Shown here: in pieces, positions 46,772 through 56,892 of the stretch
Position numbering within the stretch: the first letter of the stretch is position 1
Layout: each line of letters starts with the position of its first letter
Assembly (NCBI GenBank): GCA_964344415.1
Contig: CAYFMS010000001.1
Coordinates: 317,315-381,314, forward strand
Direction of reading: 5' to 3'
Length of the DNA stretch: 64,000 nucleotides
Source of the DNA: an uncultured Gammaproteobacteria bacterium
Lineage (GTDB): Bacteria > Patescibacteriota > Patescibacteriia > UBA9934
The notes under the pieces: model-generated
What the model was told of the DNA's origin: nothing
What the model saw: only the letters and a program-made list of their open reading frames with translations
Database searches by the model: none
Made by a program: the position numbers and the translations under genes

Positions 46772-47362
46772 ATGAAATGGAAAGTAATGTTGATCATCCT
46801 GTACGTGTCAGTACAATTTGGATGTGTTCCTAATGAGGAGTATGCGCAGGAATACATGGAGGAACATGAAGGAGTCACGTATTTTGGTCTGCTCGCGGAT
46901 GCGGACCTGAAAGAGACAATTCGGCTTCTCGATCACAGGAATGACTATCTGTCATTCAGTTTGTTCGAAGAGCCGCGAGATATGCGCAGTCGTCGGCGCA
47001 TGACGGTTGGGGCATGCCTCGACATCTCCATCCGCATCGACACACTCGTTGGTGAGAAGGCCGTATTTGCGGATGAATGCGTCCTGTTTGAAAATCAGGT
47101 CGTCAACAAGGACGGGGAGCTGTCGATTACTCAAGTCGTGAGTCTGGTCCATCTCGTGTACAACGGGGACTTGAATCGTGATGAATCGCAACTTGACGTC
47201 GAGGTGCTGGTATACGGAGGATGGCATGGAACTGTCGTCCTGCATCGATGTGACGAATATCGATGTCCAGACGAAATCAGTCATTTGGAAGAGTCGGAGG
47301 ATGACGAGGAACAAGACTCAGAATCCGAAAGCGTAGCATACGCTGACACTGATTCACACTGA
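46772..47362 (+). CDS. Putative lipoprotein, hypothetical. The ORF track's 46256 start lies in the repeat element; the start is moved to the ATG with a GGGAGGTG RBS.
   Basis: MKWKVMLIILYVSVQFGC lipobox and an acidic C-terminus. Confidence 0.5.
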   Translation: MKWKVMLIILYVSVQFGCVPNEEYAQEYMEEHEGVTYFGLLADADLKETIRLLDHRNDYLSFSLFEEPRDMRSRRRMTVGACLDISIRIDTLVGEKAVFADECVLFENQVVNKDGELSITQVVSLVHLVYNGDLNRDESQLDVEVLVYGGWHGTVVLHRCDEYRCPDEISHLEESEDDEEQDSESESVAYADTDSH

Positions 47363-47451
47363 GCGCCGCAAGGCGTTTTTTCTTTTGTGGACTTATTTTA
47401 TGTATTCTCGCATATGTTTAGTAGAATAGATGGGAACATGTCTATACTTCT

Positions 47452-50400
47452 ATGAAAAGAAAGATCGTATCTCTACTGGGGGTTTTTGGTTTTCTCATCC
47501 TTGTTGGGTCAGCTTATCATTTTGCATCTGCATATGTGGAGGGTGATTATACGAAGGATACGGTAGCGAATAATGTGGCTGAGGGCGAAACAAATGTGAA
47601 CTTTGCCTATCTTGAATTGCCGGATCCAACAACAGACACCATTGTCACAAATGGTGCGACGGCGGTTGTGGCAGCGACAGATGCTCTTTCAGCTTTTCCG
47701 GCAACGCATCAGTTTTTTGATAAATCCGACAACAATACATACGCTGATGGAAATGGAGTGATCAGTTCTGCAGATGTCATTATCGGTGCAGGGGATACCG
47801 TCTTAACGACTGCAACAGGGGTTCTGGAGGCATTTAGTGGCACATTTGCAGAAACGGGTAGCACAACTGGAATTGGATGGATTGACAATATAACTGACGA
47901 CAATATTTTGGAAGCAACAGAAGATATTGTTTCCATTGTTGCTAATTTGGCACAGGTCTCAAATGGTTTACTTGCGCGTACATTTGAGACGGATATCTAT
48001 TTCTTGGCAGATTCAAGCTCTACGACAGAATATAATGCTAGTGATGATAATGCGGTTGTTGAAGATGCGGATGCTGACGGGTATTTAACTGCCGGAGACA
48101 ATGTCTTAATTGCTGGAAAAGGGTCAGTTTACAATTTTGGTTCTTCTGGTGATGATGTTTGTTTCGACGGATCCGTTGTAAATGATGGGGAATATGATGA
48201 AGGTGAGGTGATTTGGTGGGATAATTCTGGTGGAAATGACTGTTCTTCATTCTTGTCTGGTACAGACATTATTTTGGTAGGATCGTCGGCTCCAACGGGG
48301 ACAAGTACGGAATTCTTTGGGAATGAAGATGAGGTGGGGTATTTGGACCAGAACGGAACAGGTGCTGATGGTTTTACTTGTTCAAGGGCGGGTGATTGCG
48401 AAGCTCTCGTCTATTCGGGTGCGGATGGAGTTGACTTGTCTGCGGATGCAACCCTTCCTGTGACGGCGGAATTCTTTGATTCTTCTTCAGAGGCGACGGA
48501 TGGAATTCGAACAACAGGAGATGCTTGGGATGAGTCTGGAAATGCTTTACAGACACATGTTCAGTTTTCGAGCGTAACAACAAATGGTGAGGTGGAATAT
48601 GTCTATCTTGATGCAGATACGAATACAGATTTTACTTCCACGGATCCAATCATGCAGGTAATTGATAAGGGCGCTGATAATATCGCTAGCGGTCAAGATT
48701 TTCGATCGTTTAAAGATAATGATTATCGTCTTTTCGACCATGATGATGACGGTGTATATGACGATGGAACGGATGGATTGGTTGGTTCTGATGATAATGA
48801 CCTTGATCCATCAGACACGCTTGTGAATACACAAGCGGCGCCGACGCCGGCTATGCTCGAAGCTTTCCCTTCTACGCATCGATTCCATGACCATGATTCA
48901 AGCGGAAGCTATGCAGATGGTGACGATGTCATTAATGATAGTGACGAGTCTACTTATTACAATGCGGATGATTTGCTTTCACTTGGTATTACTGTAACGG
49001 GCTCTACAACGGCCACGAATGGTGAAATTGATGACATTTATGTGTATGAGCGTGCTGGCGGGGCTTGTGCTGGTTCAGGTACGGACACGCTTCTTGGTTC
49101 TGTTTCTGGTGACGTTTTAGATGAAAATATTGCTATTACGCGCGCACCATTTACGGCGGCAGATGATATTACACTTTGCTTCTATCTGGATGCTGCAGCT
49201 GACTTTACGGCTGGAAGAACATTTCAAGCACAAACTGGTGCAACGAATCCAATAACGTATAGTTCTGGGGCAGATTCGGGAAGTATGGGATTGAAAACGG
49301 GGTCCGATGCTTTAACAGTCTTTTATGAAGATTTGACAGCGACAGTTTCCTCCTCTGATTTGAGTCCAAGTGCGACGGCTTCGTATACAATCTCGTATAC
49401 TGTTACGAATAATGTGCCTGCCAGTTCAAATATTATTAATACATTCCCTGCAGGATTTGATATTAGTGGCATGTCAATTGCCTGCACAGACGACGGCGGA
49501 GCGATTACAGGCTCATCAACAATACTTGGTCAAATCGCAGCTGTGGCAAATATTGGTGCTCAAGTCGATGCTGGATCTGCTGTTTCTTGTGTGGTTTCGG
49601 ATGTTGTAAATCCTGCAGCAGAGGGTGCTTCTGCTGCATTTGTAATAGGTCCTGCCTATGCTGGAACGAGTATTGCGGAGCGTGATGATGATGAAACTGT
49701 AACAATTGCTACGCCCTCTGCAGGGGGAGGATCTACTGAAGCGAGCAAACCAAAGACATGGGATGTGTCTCTCTTGTCGCCAAATGGTGGCGAGCAGGTC
49801 GCTGCTGGTGAAGCGATTGAAATCATGTGGCAATATCTCGGCACGGGAGCTATCAATTATGTGAACCTTGCTTATTCAATTGATGAGGGGGAGACATGGA
49901 CAGATATTGTGAAAAATACCGCAAATGACATGAAATATAGCTGGATAACTCCAATGGTGAATACGGCCAAGGCTCTTGTGCGTGTCGCTACAACTGATTT
50001 GGCACATGAGTTATTCACCGACGAATCCGATGCTGTGTTTTCAATTGGTGATATATCATCCGGCGGTGAGAGTACGGATGATGTCGAAGAATCTTCTGAC
50101 CCAGGTATCATCTGTAATGGAGATGAATTCCCGGCTGGCATTGAAATTGGTGATCATATACTTGGTGTAACGCCAGATGGAGTTCAGTATCCGGCAGTAT
50201 TTTATGTCGGTGAAGACTGTCGCAGGCATCCATATTTGAATGAGCCGCATTACTTCACTTACGGTTTCACGGATTTTTCAAATGTTGAAATATATTCAAC
50301 GCTTGATCTTGAGCGTATTTCCGTTGGAAAATCTATGCCAATCAAACCCGGAACGGTTCTAGTCAAAACGACGGATAATCCGACGGTCTACTATATTCAA

Positions 50401-50610
50401 GATACGGGCGATCCGCTGAATCCGGAACTTTACAGCATTCCAAGTGAAGAAGTCGCTATTGAATATTTTGGCGCTGATTGGGCGGAGAGAATCATCGACG
50501 TTGCCCCGCATTACTTAACAATTTTTGAAGATAATGGCCGTCCAGTAACCGACTTGCAGCCGTCCCTTGTTTCTAATATGTACCAAGCGGATGATTTGCG
50601 AGCTCGATAA
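47452..50610 (+). CDS. Large (1052 aa) secreted Thr/Asp/Gly-rich surface protein, hypothetical adhesin or S-layer-like
   Basis: Signal peptide MKRKIVSLLGVFGFLILVGSAYHFASA and low-complexity beta-rich repeats. Confidence 0.65.
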   Translation: MKRKIVSLLGVFGFLILVGSAYHFASAYVEGDYTKDTVANNVAEGETNVNFAYLELPDPTTDTIVTNGATAVVAATDALSAFPATHQFFDKSDNNTYADGNGVISSADVIIGAGDTVLTTATGVLEAFSGTFAETGSTTGIGWIDNITDDNILEATEDIVSIVANLAQVSNGLLARTFETDIYFLADSSSTTEYNASDDNAVVEDADADGYLTAGDNVLIAGKGSVYNFGSSGDDVCFDGSVVNDGEYDEGEVIWWDNSGGNDCSSFLSGTDIILVGSSAPTGTSTEFFGNEDEVGYLDQNGTGADGFTCSRAGDCEALVYSGADGVDLSADATLPVTAEFFDSSSEATDGIRTTGDAWDESGNALQTHVQFSSVTTNGEVEYVYLDADTNTDFTSTDPIMQVIDKGADNIASGQDFRSFKDNDYRLFDHDDDGVYDDGTDGLVGSDDNDLDPSDTLVNTQAAPTPAMLEAFPSTHRFHDHDSSGSYADGDDVINDSDESTYYNADDLLSLGITVTGSTTATNGEIDDIYVYERAGGACAGSGTDTLLGSVSGDVLDENIAITRAPFTAADDITLCFYLDAAADFTAGRTFQAQTGATNPITYSSGADSGSMGLKTGSDALTVFYEDLTATVSSSDLSPSATASYTISYTVTNNVPASSNIINTFPAGFDISGMSIACTDDGGAITGSSTILGQIAAVANIGAQVDAGSAVSCVVSDVVNPAAEGASAAFVIGPAYAGTSIAERDDDETVTIATPSAGGGSTEASKPKTWDVSLLSPNGGEQVAAGEAIEIMWQYLGTGAINYVNLAYSIDEGETWTDIVKNTANDMKYSWITPMVNTAKALVRVATTDLAHELFTDESDAVFSIGDISSGGESTDDVEESSDPGIICNGDEFPAGIEIGDHILGVTPDGVQYPAVFYVGEDCRRHPYLNEPHYFTYGFTDFSNVEIYSTLDLERISVGKSMPIKPGTVLVKTTDNPTVYYIQDTGDPLNPELYSIPSEEVAIEYFGADWAERIIDVAPHYLTIFEDNGRPVTDLQPSLVSNMYQADDLRAR

Positions 50611-50635
50611 AGGTTTGTTAGAATTTTGCCAGGTT

Positions 50636-50992
50636 ATGAAAATTATCCTTCGATTACTCATTAATGCACTTGCACTTCTCGTCATCACACAGATTCTCGA
50701 GGGGTTTGTTGTTGAGAGTTTTTACTTTGCCCTTATCGCAGCGGTCATCATTGGACTGATTAATGCGGTGATTCGGCCGGTTATTCTCTTTTTCACACTT
50801 CCGATTAATGTGATGACGCTTGGATTATTTACTTTCGTGGTAAATGCGCTGATTCTGTGGTTTGTGAGTACTTTTGTTCAAGGATTCGATATTGCGGGAT
50901 TTCTGCCCGCACTCCTTGCGGCGATTATTCTATGGGCTGTGAGTGTCATTACCAACTTAACCATAAAAGCTAAATCAAAAAGCGGGGCATAG
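50636..50992 (+). CDS. DUF360/YvlD-family (phage-holin-4-like) membrane protein
   Basis: IGLINAVIRPVILFFTLPINVMTLGLFTFVVNALILW matches the YvlD family core. Confidence 0.65.
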   Translation: MKIILRLLINALALLVITQILEGFVVESFYFALIAAVIIGLINAVIRPVILFFTLPINVMTLGLFTFVVNALILWFVSTFVQGFDIAGFLPALLAAIILWAVSVITNLTIKAKSKSGA

Positions 50993-51010
50993 GCCTCGTT
51001 TTTTCTTTCT

Positions 51011-51718
51011 ATGAATGATGCAATTCGTTTACCAAAATCAAAGCCACTTGTTTTATCTGTTGGCGGTTCGCTTGTTATTCCAAATGGAGGTCCGGATACG
51101 GGCTTTTTAAAAAGTCTTTATTCATTCGTAAATAAGCAAATAAAAGCTGGACGTAAATTAGTTATTGTTGTTGGCGGTGGGAAGACAGCGCGACATTATA
51201 TCGATGCAGCATCAAAAATTAGATCTATTGATAATGAAGATTTGGATTGGCTTGGTATACATTCAACTCGACTGAATGGGCATTTGCTTCGAACGATATT
51301 CCGTGATGTAGCCCATCCTACTGTTATAAAGAATCCAATGACGACACCGAAAAAGTGGAAGGGAAAGGTGTTGATTGCGGCTGGCTGGAGACCAGGGTGG
51401 TCAACAGATTATGTTGCCGCCCGCATTGCAAAACGCATTGGTTCGAGTACGGTACTGAATTTATCAAATATAGATCATGTGTATAGTGAGGATCCGGTGA
51501 AGAATTCTAATGCAGAAATTTTTGAAACATTGTCTTGGTCTGATTACAGAAAAATGATTGCAAGTGAATGGGATCCGGGGCTTTCTGCTCCTTTTGATCC
51601 AATTGCATCAAAGTTTTGCCATCGCAATAAAATGAAAGCGATTATTTTGAGCGGTGACCTGCGTAATGTTTCGAGTGTCATTGCCGGAAAGAGATTCCGA
51701 GGCACCGTCATATCATAG
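51011..51718 (+). CDS. pyrH: Uridylate (UMP) kinase, amino-acid-kinase fold
   Basis: LVLSVGGSLV and LVIVVGGGKTARHYI. Confidence 0.75.
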   Translation: MNDAIRLPKSKPLVLSVGGSLVIPNGGPDTGFLKSLYSFVNKQIKAGRKLVIVVGGGKTARHYIDAASKIRSIDNEDLDWLGIHSTRLNGHLLRTIFRDVAHPTVIKNPMTTPKKWKGKVLIAAGWRPGWSTDYVAARIAKRIGSSTVLNLSNIDHVYSEDPVKNSNAEIFETLSWSDYRKMIASEWDPGLSAPFDPIASKFCHRNKMKAIILSGDLRNVSSVIAGKRFRGTVIS

Positions 51719-51763
51719 TTATCCACAGACAATGTCCGACTTTGAATGTGGAAAATTTTTGTA

Positions 51764-51791
51764 AAGAAAAAACCGCAGAGTTTCTGCGGTT
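51764..51791 (-). terminator. Terminator after the FGE-like gene
   Basis: On the minus strand, aaccgcagaaactctgcggtt followed by ttttt. Confidence 0.65.
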
Positions 51792-51824
51792 AGGTCCGTT
51801 CTCGAGCTGAATTGCGAGAGCGGA

Positions 51825-52889
51825 CTACTCGATCGGTCTCACGAGTCGATGGCCCATAGGGCCGTACCTGTTGCCAATCGGCGTATTGTTGCGTCGGACA
51901 ATGGCCGAGACCTCGTCCGTATCGCCATCCCAGGCTCCGCCACAATCGCGCTTCGCGATCATGTTGCTGTCGGTGTCAGGGGCGATGAAGACGACCTCGT
52001 CGGGTCCGCTTGGATCGACTCGATCCATGTTCTCGTATTGGTACGGATCGTACCCACGAGACCCGTCCCAGACCCATTCCCATTGATTGCCTGTCATGTC
52101 GTGCAGGCCAAGGGCATTGGGCTCGAGCAGTCCGACTTTCTGAGGCCCATCTGGACTGTTTTCGGCGGTCCAGGCGACCTCGGAGAGATCGTTGCTCCCG
52201 GCGAATCGCGTATTCTGCCCAGCATGGGCAGCATAGCGCCACTCGGCCTCTGTCGGAAGGCGATAGCCATTGGCGGACCGATTCCACTCGACGGAAGCGA
52301 ATACCTCCGCGGAGGCATCTTGCCAGTGGGCGTTCACATCCCAGGGTTCATCCTCGTAGAGGCTCTCGATGATGTATGCTCGCTCGAGCCCGTCCCGTTC
52401 GGACATGGCATTCGCGAGAAGTACACCATCCAACCATGACATGGACATCATGGGACAGTCGTCCTCGACGCAGGGCGTATTGAACTTGCTCGAGACGGAA
52501 TTAGTGATTTCCTCACCAAAGACATCTTGGAACAAGCCACGCGTGACCTCGTAGCGCATCATCTCGAATGACTTTGAAATGGTGATGCAAGCCGGCGGGC
52601 CTTCGTCGAGGTCGCAGAACCCGTCGTCTCGTTCCGGCGTGCAACCGATGACGAAACTTCCGGCTGGGACATGAACCCAGTCTGACGGATTGTCGTGATT
52701 TACGCCCATCGTGGTGACGGCGCAATTCGCGACTTCATCCATTTCGACATCGGTCACATCATGGACGGAATCCATAATGTCTCCAGTCGAAAACTCTGCT
52801 TCCGTGATGGACTCTTCCACCACGGAATCCTCTGGCAAGCAGCCCATCAGGGCGACTCCCCAAAAACTCAACAAATAAAAGAACTTCAT
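51825..52889 (-). CDS. Formylglycine-generating-enzyme (FGE/SUMF1) family protein, secreted or lipoprotein (GC-rich island)
   Basis: Signal MKFFYLLSFWGVALMGC. FGE-sulfatase motifs HDMTGNQWEWVWD and RGGAW-like DCGGAWDGD. Confidence 0.7.
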   Translation of the reverse strand: MKFFYLLSFWGVALMGCLPEDSVVEESITEAEFSTGDIMDSVHDVTDVEMDEVANCAVTTMGVNHDNPSDWVHVPAGSFVIGCTPERDDGFCDLDEGPPACITISKSFEMMRYEVTRGLFQDVFGEEITNSVSSKFNTPCVEDDCPMMSMSWLDGVLLANAMSERDGLERAYIIESLYEDEPWDVNAHWQDASAEVFASVEWNRSANGYRLPTEAEWRYAAHAGQNTRFAGSNDLSEVAWTAENSPDGPQKVGLLEPNALGLHDMTGNQWEWVWDGSRGYDPYQYENMDRVDPSGPDEVVFIAPDTDSNMIAKRDCGGAWDGDTDEVSAIVRRNNTPIGNRYGPMGHRLVRPIE

Positions 52890-52962
52890 GTTCCCTCCTT
52901 GCCTGTTTAATACCATGTTTTGCTATAAATGTCAATCCAAAAACTCACGGATCTCACGCCAT

Positions 52963-53111
52963 TAAGTCCGACCTAAATTAGCCATTCTAAGTCCGACTTA
53001 AAAACATGTTCATTGACTATTATCCCGAAAAATCTGAATGTATATTACTTTTGTACTCTGAATCATGAAAATTAAGTCCGACTTAATTCATGCTATTTAA
53101 GTCGGACTTAA
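52963..53111. promoter_or_regulatory. Four copies of a 15-bp 7-N-7 palindrome TTAAGTC-N-GACTTAA (putative dimeric transcription-factor operator) in a divergent intergenic region
   Basis: Copies at 52963-52977, 52986-53000, 53072-53086 and 53097-53111, the last two perfect. Site 4 overlaps the -35 region of the probable TGcTATACT extended -10 promoter of the 53140 gene. Confidence 0.6.
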
Positions 53112-53139
53112 AATCTATACATGCTATACTTCCAGCAAG

Positions 53140-53583
53140 ATGGCAAAGAAAAAAACACAAAAACCTTGGTTTGAAATCAATGTAAAAATGGCTGAAATCA
53201 CCTTTGTTTTCGCCGCGCTTGCACTTGTAATGAGTTTAGGGCTTCTCTATATTTTTTCGCGTGGAATATTCGAGGGTCCAGCCGCGGCCGCGCAGACATA
53301 TATACTCACCCTTGCTGAGGATGAAGAAAAAGCATATATGCAAAGCTCTTCACTATTCAAAGAATCTACATCTCAGCTTGAATTCGAGCTATTCATTGAA
53401 AGCTATCCAACCCTCGATTTCGCAGAGCGCGCCGTATTCGAATCAAATTATTCCGATGGAAAAACGCATGTGCTTTCCGGCTTTGCATCAGATGATTCCG
53501 GATCATTGCCACTCCTTATAGAAATGACAAGGGAAGATGGCGCTTGGCGCATGACATATATGGCCATCGAACAAGATAATTAA
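53140..53583 (+). CDS. Hypothetical membrane-anchored protein
   Basis: TM ITFVFAALALVMSLGLLYIF. Downstream of the palindromic operator cluster. Confidence 0.5.
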   Translation: MAKKKTQKPWFEINVKMAEITFVFAALALVMSLGLLYIFSRGIFEGPAAAAQTYILTLAEDEEKAYMQSSSLFKESTSQLEFELFIESYPTLDFAERAVFESNYSDGKTHVLSGFASDDSGSLPLLIEMTREDGAWRMTYMAIEQDN

Positions 53584-53585
53584 GT

Positions 53586-54143
53586 ATGAAAAAATTTCTC
53601 CTCCCGCTCTTTATTATTCTCGCAATTATTGTTCTCATTTTTCTTTTTCTCCCAACATCAGACAAACAATTAGTCTATTCTGAGCAGCAAGATATTGTGT
53701 ACCGCGTTCCTGAGGAAATTGATGAATATTTTGAAGAGCAAGTTGAGGGCGCGGGCATTGCAACATTTCTCGATGCCGAAGTTGGTATTTTGACTGTCAC
53801 GATTGCTTATGACTCTCCCGAAATTGATCTTACACCCGAGGAATTCATGCAATTACGCATTGACACGGGACTTGCTGCTTTTGATGATCAGAGCGAGGTG
53901 CTAAACTTGAACCGGACCATTGACGGCTATGCATTTAATTGTTTCGAAGGAATTCAGGAGGGGGTGCCGAGCTCATTTTGCATTGGTCAGGTCGCCGATG
54001 ACGGAATAGCACTTCTCATTCAGGCTGGAAAAGGCGAAAGTCTTTCCCGCATGATGGCATCGATTGATTTTGACCCAAGTCCTGGTGATATTTCTCGGGC
54101 TCTGCCAATGCCGAGCGGGTCCATTCTTGATCTTGTGCCTTAA
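53586..54143 (+). CDS. Hypothetical membrane-anchored acidic protein
   Basis: TM LLPLFIILAIIVLIFLFL. Confidence 0.5.
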   Translation: MKKFLLPLFIILAIIVLIFLFLPTSDKQLVYSEQQDIVYRVPEEIDEYFEEQVEGAGIATFLDAEVGILTVTIAYDSPEIDLTPEEFMQLRIDTGLAAFDDQSEVLNLNRTIDGYAFNCFEGIQEGVPSSFCIGQVADDGIALLIQAGKGESLSRMMASIDFDPSPGDISRALPMPSGSILDLVP

Positions 54144-54153
54144 TTATTCATTT

Positions 54154-55974
54154 ATGTGTGGAATTGTTGGATATGTTGGAGGGGCGAAAGCGCGGGAAGT
54201 GCTTCTGTCTGGTTTGAAAATTTTAGAAAATAGAGGGTATGACTCTGCTGGAATTGCCACAATTGGGAATGCGAGCATTGATATTACGAAATTTGCGAGC
54301 GTTGATACTTGCGATGCGCTTGAACAGCTTAATTCGGCGTCGCAGGGGCATGATGGGCGGATGATCGGTATTGCTCATACGCGCTGGGCAACACATGGAG
54401 CGAAAACGGATGAAAATGCGCATCCTCATGTCGATGCAGGGAATCGCATAGCCCTTGTTCACAATGGTGTTATTGAAAATGCGGGGGATTTGCGACGCTC
54501 GCTTGAAGCAGCTGGAATTACATTTGCTTCGCAAACTGACACCGAAGTTATTGCGCAGCTCCTTGGAAATCATTTGAGCGGCGGCAAAAGCATGATGGAT
54601 GCATTTCGATCAACGCTTGCGCAATTGCGTGGAACATGGGGGCTCGCCGTCATTCACAAAGATAATCCAGACAAATTATTTGTGGCGCGCAATGGAAGTC
54701 CCATCGTGATTGGAATCGGAGAAAATCAGGCTTTTGTCGCTTCTGAACCGGCGGCTTTTGCTCGATATACAAAAGAATATATTGCGCTCAAAGATGGGGA
54801 AGTAGCGATGGTTGAGCCGGGGGCGAATGGGCTCGATTTATCTCGTATTGAAAAAGCGGCCGATGAAGATATCCCGCTTTCGCCGGACCCATTCACGCAT
54901 TGGACGATCAAGGAAATTTTTGATCAACCGGGTGCGCTTTCGAGCGCGATGAATCATGGTGGCCGCATTCGTGATCAATATTCTGTGAAGCTTGGTGGGC
55001 TTGATGTGAATGAATCTGAACTTCTTGGCATAAAACATCTGATCATTGCCGCTTGCGGAACTTCCTATCATTCTGGATTATATGCAGCGCAAATTATGCG
55101 AGATTTGCATGCCTTTGAAACGATTCAGGTGGTTGATGCTTCGGAATTGACGGATGCTCATTTTGCGGCCGAGGGATCGGGGCTGCTTGTGATCTCTCAA
55201 TCCGGGGAAACGAAAGATGTGCATCGAGTATTAGCCGCTGCCAAGGCAAAACGCATTCCAGCCTTTTCTGCGGTGAATCGCGTTCGGTCTTTAATTGCTC
55301 GCACGACAGGTTGTGGTGTGTATTTGAATGCCGGTTATGAACATGCCGTTGCTTCGACAAAAGCATTCACTTCGCAAGTTACCGTTTTGATTTTGATGGC
55401 GATTTGGTTTGCACAGCATGGGGAAAATGGAAAGCAATTGCGCGGGGAACTCATCGAGTCCCTTCAGCGACTTCCGACGCTTGTTCAGCATATTTTACGC
55501 GCCGAGGACCGTTGTCGCGCTGTGGCAGAGTCTCTTCGAGATGCATCGAAAATATTCGTTCTTGGGAAAGGGGATGCGATGCCAATTGCTTATGAGGGCG
55601 CGCTGAAAATTAAAGAAATTACCTATGTGCATGCTGAGGGGTATCCGGGTGGAGCTTTGAAGCATGGTCCATTTGCACTCATTGAACAGGGAACGCCGAT
55701 TATCATGATGATTTTTGACGATGAGCATGGACATTTCATGCGAACGGCGGCTGAAGAGGTTCGGGCGCGCGGAGCTCGCACCATTGTCATTACCGATCAA
55801 TCTAGTTTTGTGCAGGACATTGCGGATGAAATTATTGAAATACCGTCGAATGGGCGTCTGACGGCACTTTTGTCTATTATTCCTATTCAGCTAATTTCCT
55901 ATTATCTGGCTACTGCGCGGGGGATTAATCCCGACAAGCCTCGAAATCTCGCCAAAGCCGTGACGGTTGATTGA
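54154..55974 (+). CDS. glmS: Glutamine--fructose-6-phosphate aminotransferase
   Basis: N-terminal MCGIVGYVG (Ntn amidotransferase Cys1) and two SIS domains. Confidence 0.9.
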   Translation: MCGIVGYVGGAKAREVLLSGLKILENRGYDSAGIATIGNASIDITKFASVDTCDALEQLNSASQGHDGRMIGIAHTRWATHGAKTDENAHPHVDAGNRIALVHNGVIENAGDLRRSLEAAGITFASQTDTEVIAQLLGNHLSGGKSMMDAFRSTLAQLRGTWGLAVIHKDNPDKLFVARNGSPIVIGIGENQAFVASEPAAFARYTKEYIALKDGEVAMVEPGANGLDLSRIEKAADEDIPLSPDPFTHWTIKEIFDQPGALSSAMNHGGRIRDQYSVKLGGLDVNESELLGIKHLIIAACGTSYHSGLYAAQIMRDLHAFETIQVVDASELTDAHFAAEGSGLLVISQSGETKDVHRVLAAAKAKRIPAFSAVNRVRSLIARTTGCGVYLNAGYEHAVASTKAFTSQVTVLILMAIWFAQHGENGKQLRGELIESLQRLPTLVQHILRAEDRCRAVAESLRDASKIFVLGKGDAMPIAYEGALKIKEITYVHAEGYPGGALKHGPFALIEQGTPIIMMIFDDEHGHFMRTAAEEVRARGARTIVITDQSSFVQDIADEIIEIPSNGRLTALLSIIPIQLISYYLATARGINPDKPRNLAKAVTVD

Positions 55975-55995
55975 TGTGATAAAATACCTTCCACT

Positions 55996-56871
55996 ATGTC
56001 TGACTATTATAGAATTCCTCGAGGAGGAAATTGGAATTATGGAGGGAGAAATTGGAAACTAAGCCGAAGTAAAATTGATTTATTTCAGCAGTGCCCGCGC
56101 TGTTTTTGGCTCGACAATAAAAAAGGGCTAAAAAGGCCACCTGGATATCCTTTTAATATTAACTCGGCTGTTGATAATTTGCTGAAAACGGAATTTGATG
56201 GGCATCGAGCGAATGGTGAGCCTCATCCGCTGATGAAGGAATATGGTTTGTCTGCGGTGCCGGCTCAGCATGAGAAAATCGATACGTGGCGCGAGAATTT
56301 TGAGGGTGTGATTTGTCAGCATGATCCGACGGGGATGACGATTAGTGGGGCGATTGATGATTTGTGGGTGAATGATGCGGGTGAGTATATCGTTGTGGAT
56401 TATAAGGCGACGGCGAAAAGTGAGCCCGTGAAGAGTTTGGATGCGCCTTGGCAGGACGGGTATAAGCGGCAGATGGAGGTGTATCAATGGTTGCTTCGCC
56501 AGAATGGATTGAAAGTTTCTGATACGGGGTATTTTGTGTATTGCACGGGGCGGCCGGATGCGGAGGCATTTGACGGGAAGGTTGAGTTTGATGTGCATTT
56601 AATCCCGTATACGGGTAGTGATGATTGGGTCGAGGATCGGTTGATGGAGATTAAGGCCTGCCTTGAAGTAGATGAAATGCCAGAATCTGGCGCTGATTGT
56701 GATTATTGCAAATACCGCCGCGAGCTCGCGAAAGTTGAAATTTCTTCTGAGCCGGATTTCAGTGCTGGAGATCTTGGCGCGGGCGATAATGCCGTGTTCG
56801 AGGACATGCCTCAGCTCGCCGCAGCGGAAGAAGCCCCTGCAAAAAAGCCAGAACAGGGGAGTTTGCTCTAG
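55996..56871 (+). CDS. Stand-alone Cas4/RecB-like PD-(D/E)xK nuclease with an Fe-S Cys cluster
   Basis: QQCPRCFW, then IDDLWVNDAGEYIVVDYKAT (D-D/E-K) and QMEVYQW, and a C-terminal C-x12-C-x2-C. Confidence 0.6.
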   Translation: MSDYYRIPRGGNWNYGGRNWKLSRSKIDLFQQCPRCFWLDNKKGLKRPPGYPFNINSAVDNLLKTEFDGHRANGEPHPLMKEYGLSAVPAQHEKIDTWRENFEGVICQHDPTGMTISGAIDDLWVNDAGEYIVVDYKATAKSEPVKSLDAPWQDGYKRQMEVYQWLLRQNGLKVSDTGYFVYCTGRPDAEAFDGKVEFDVHLIPYTGSDDWVEDRLMEIKACLEVDEMPESGADCDYCKYRRELAKVEISSEPDFSAGDLGAGDNAVFEDMPQLAAAEEAPAKKPEQGSLL

Positions 56872-56892
56872 TGTGGTACAATGAAAATACAA

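Noticed and set aside
46256-47362. 368-aa ORF starting at 46256
   Set aside because: Its first 170 codons run through the intergenic repeat element (copy D). The credible gene starts at 46772, with an RBS and a lipoprotein signal.
54064-54153. N-terminal 30-aa extension of glmS in the ORF track
   Set aside because: GlmS must begin with Met-Cys (the Ntn nucleophile). MCGIVGYVG at 54154 is the start, and the extension overlaps the upstream gene.
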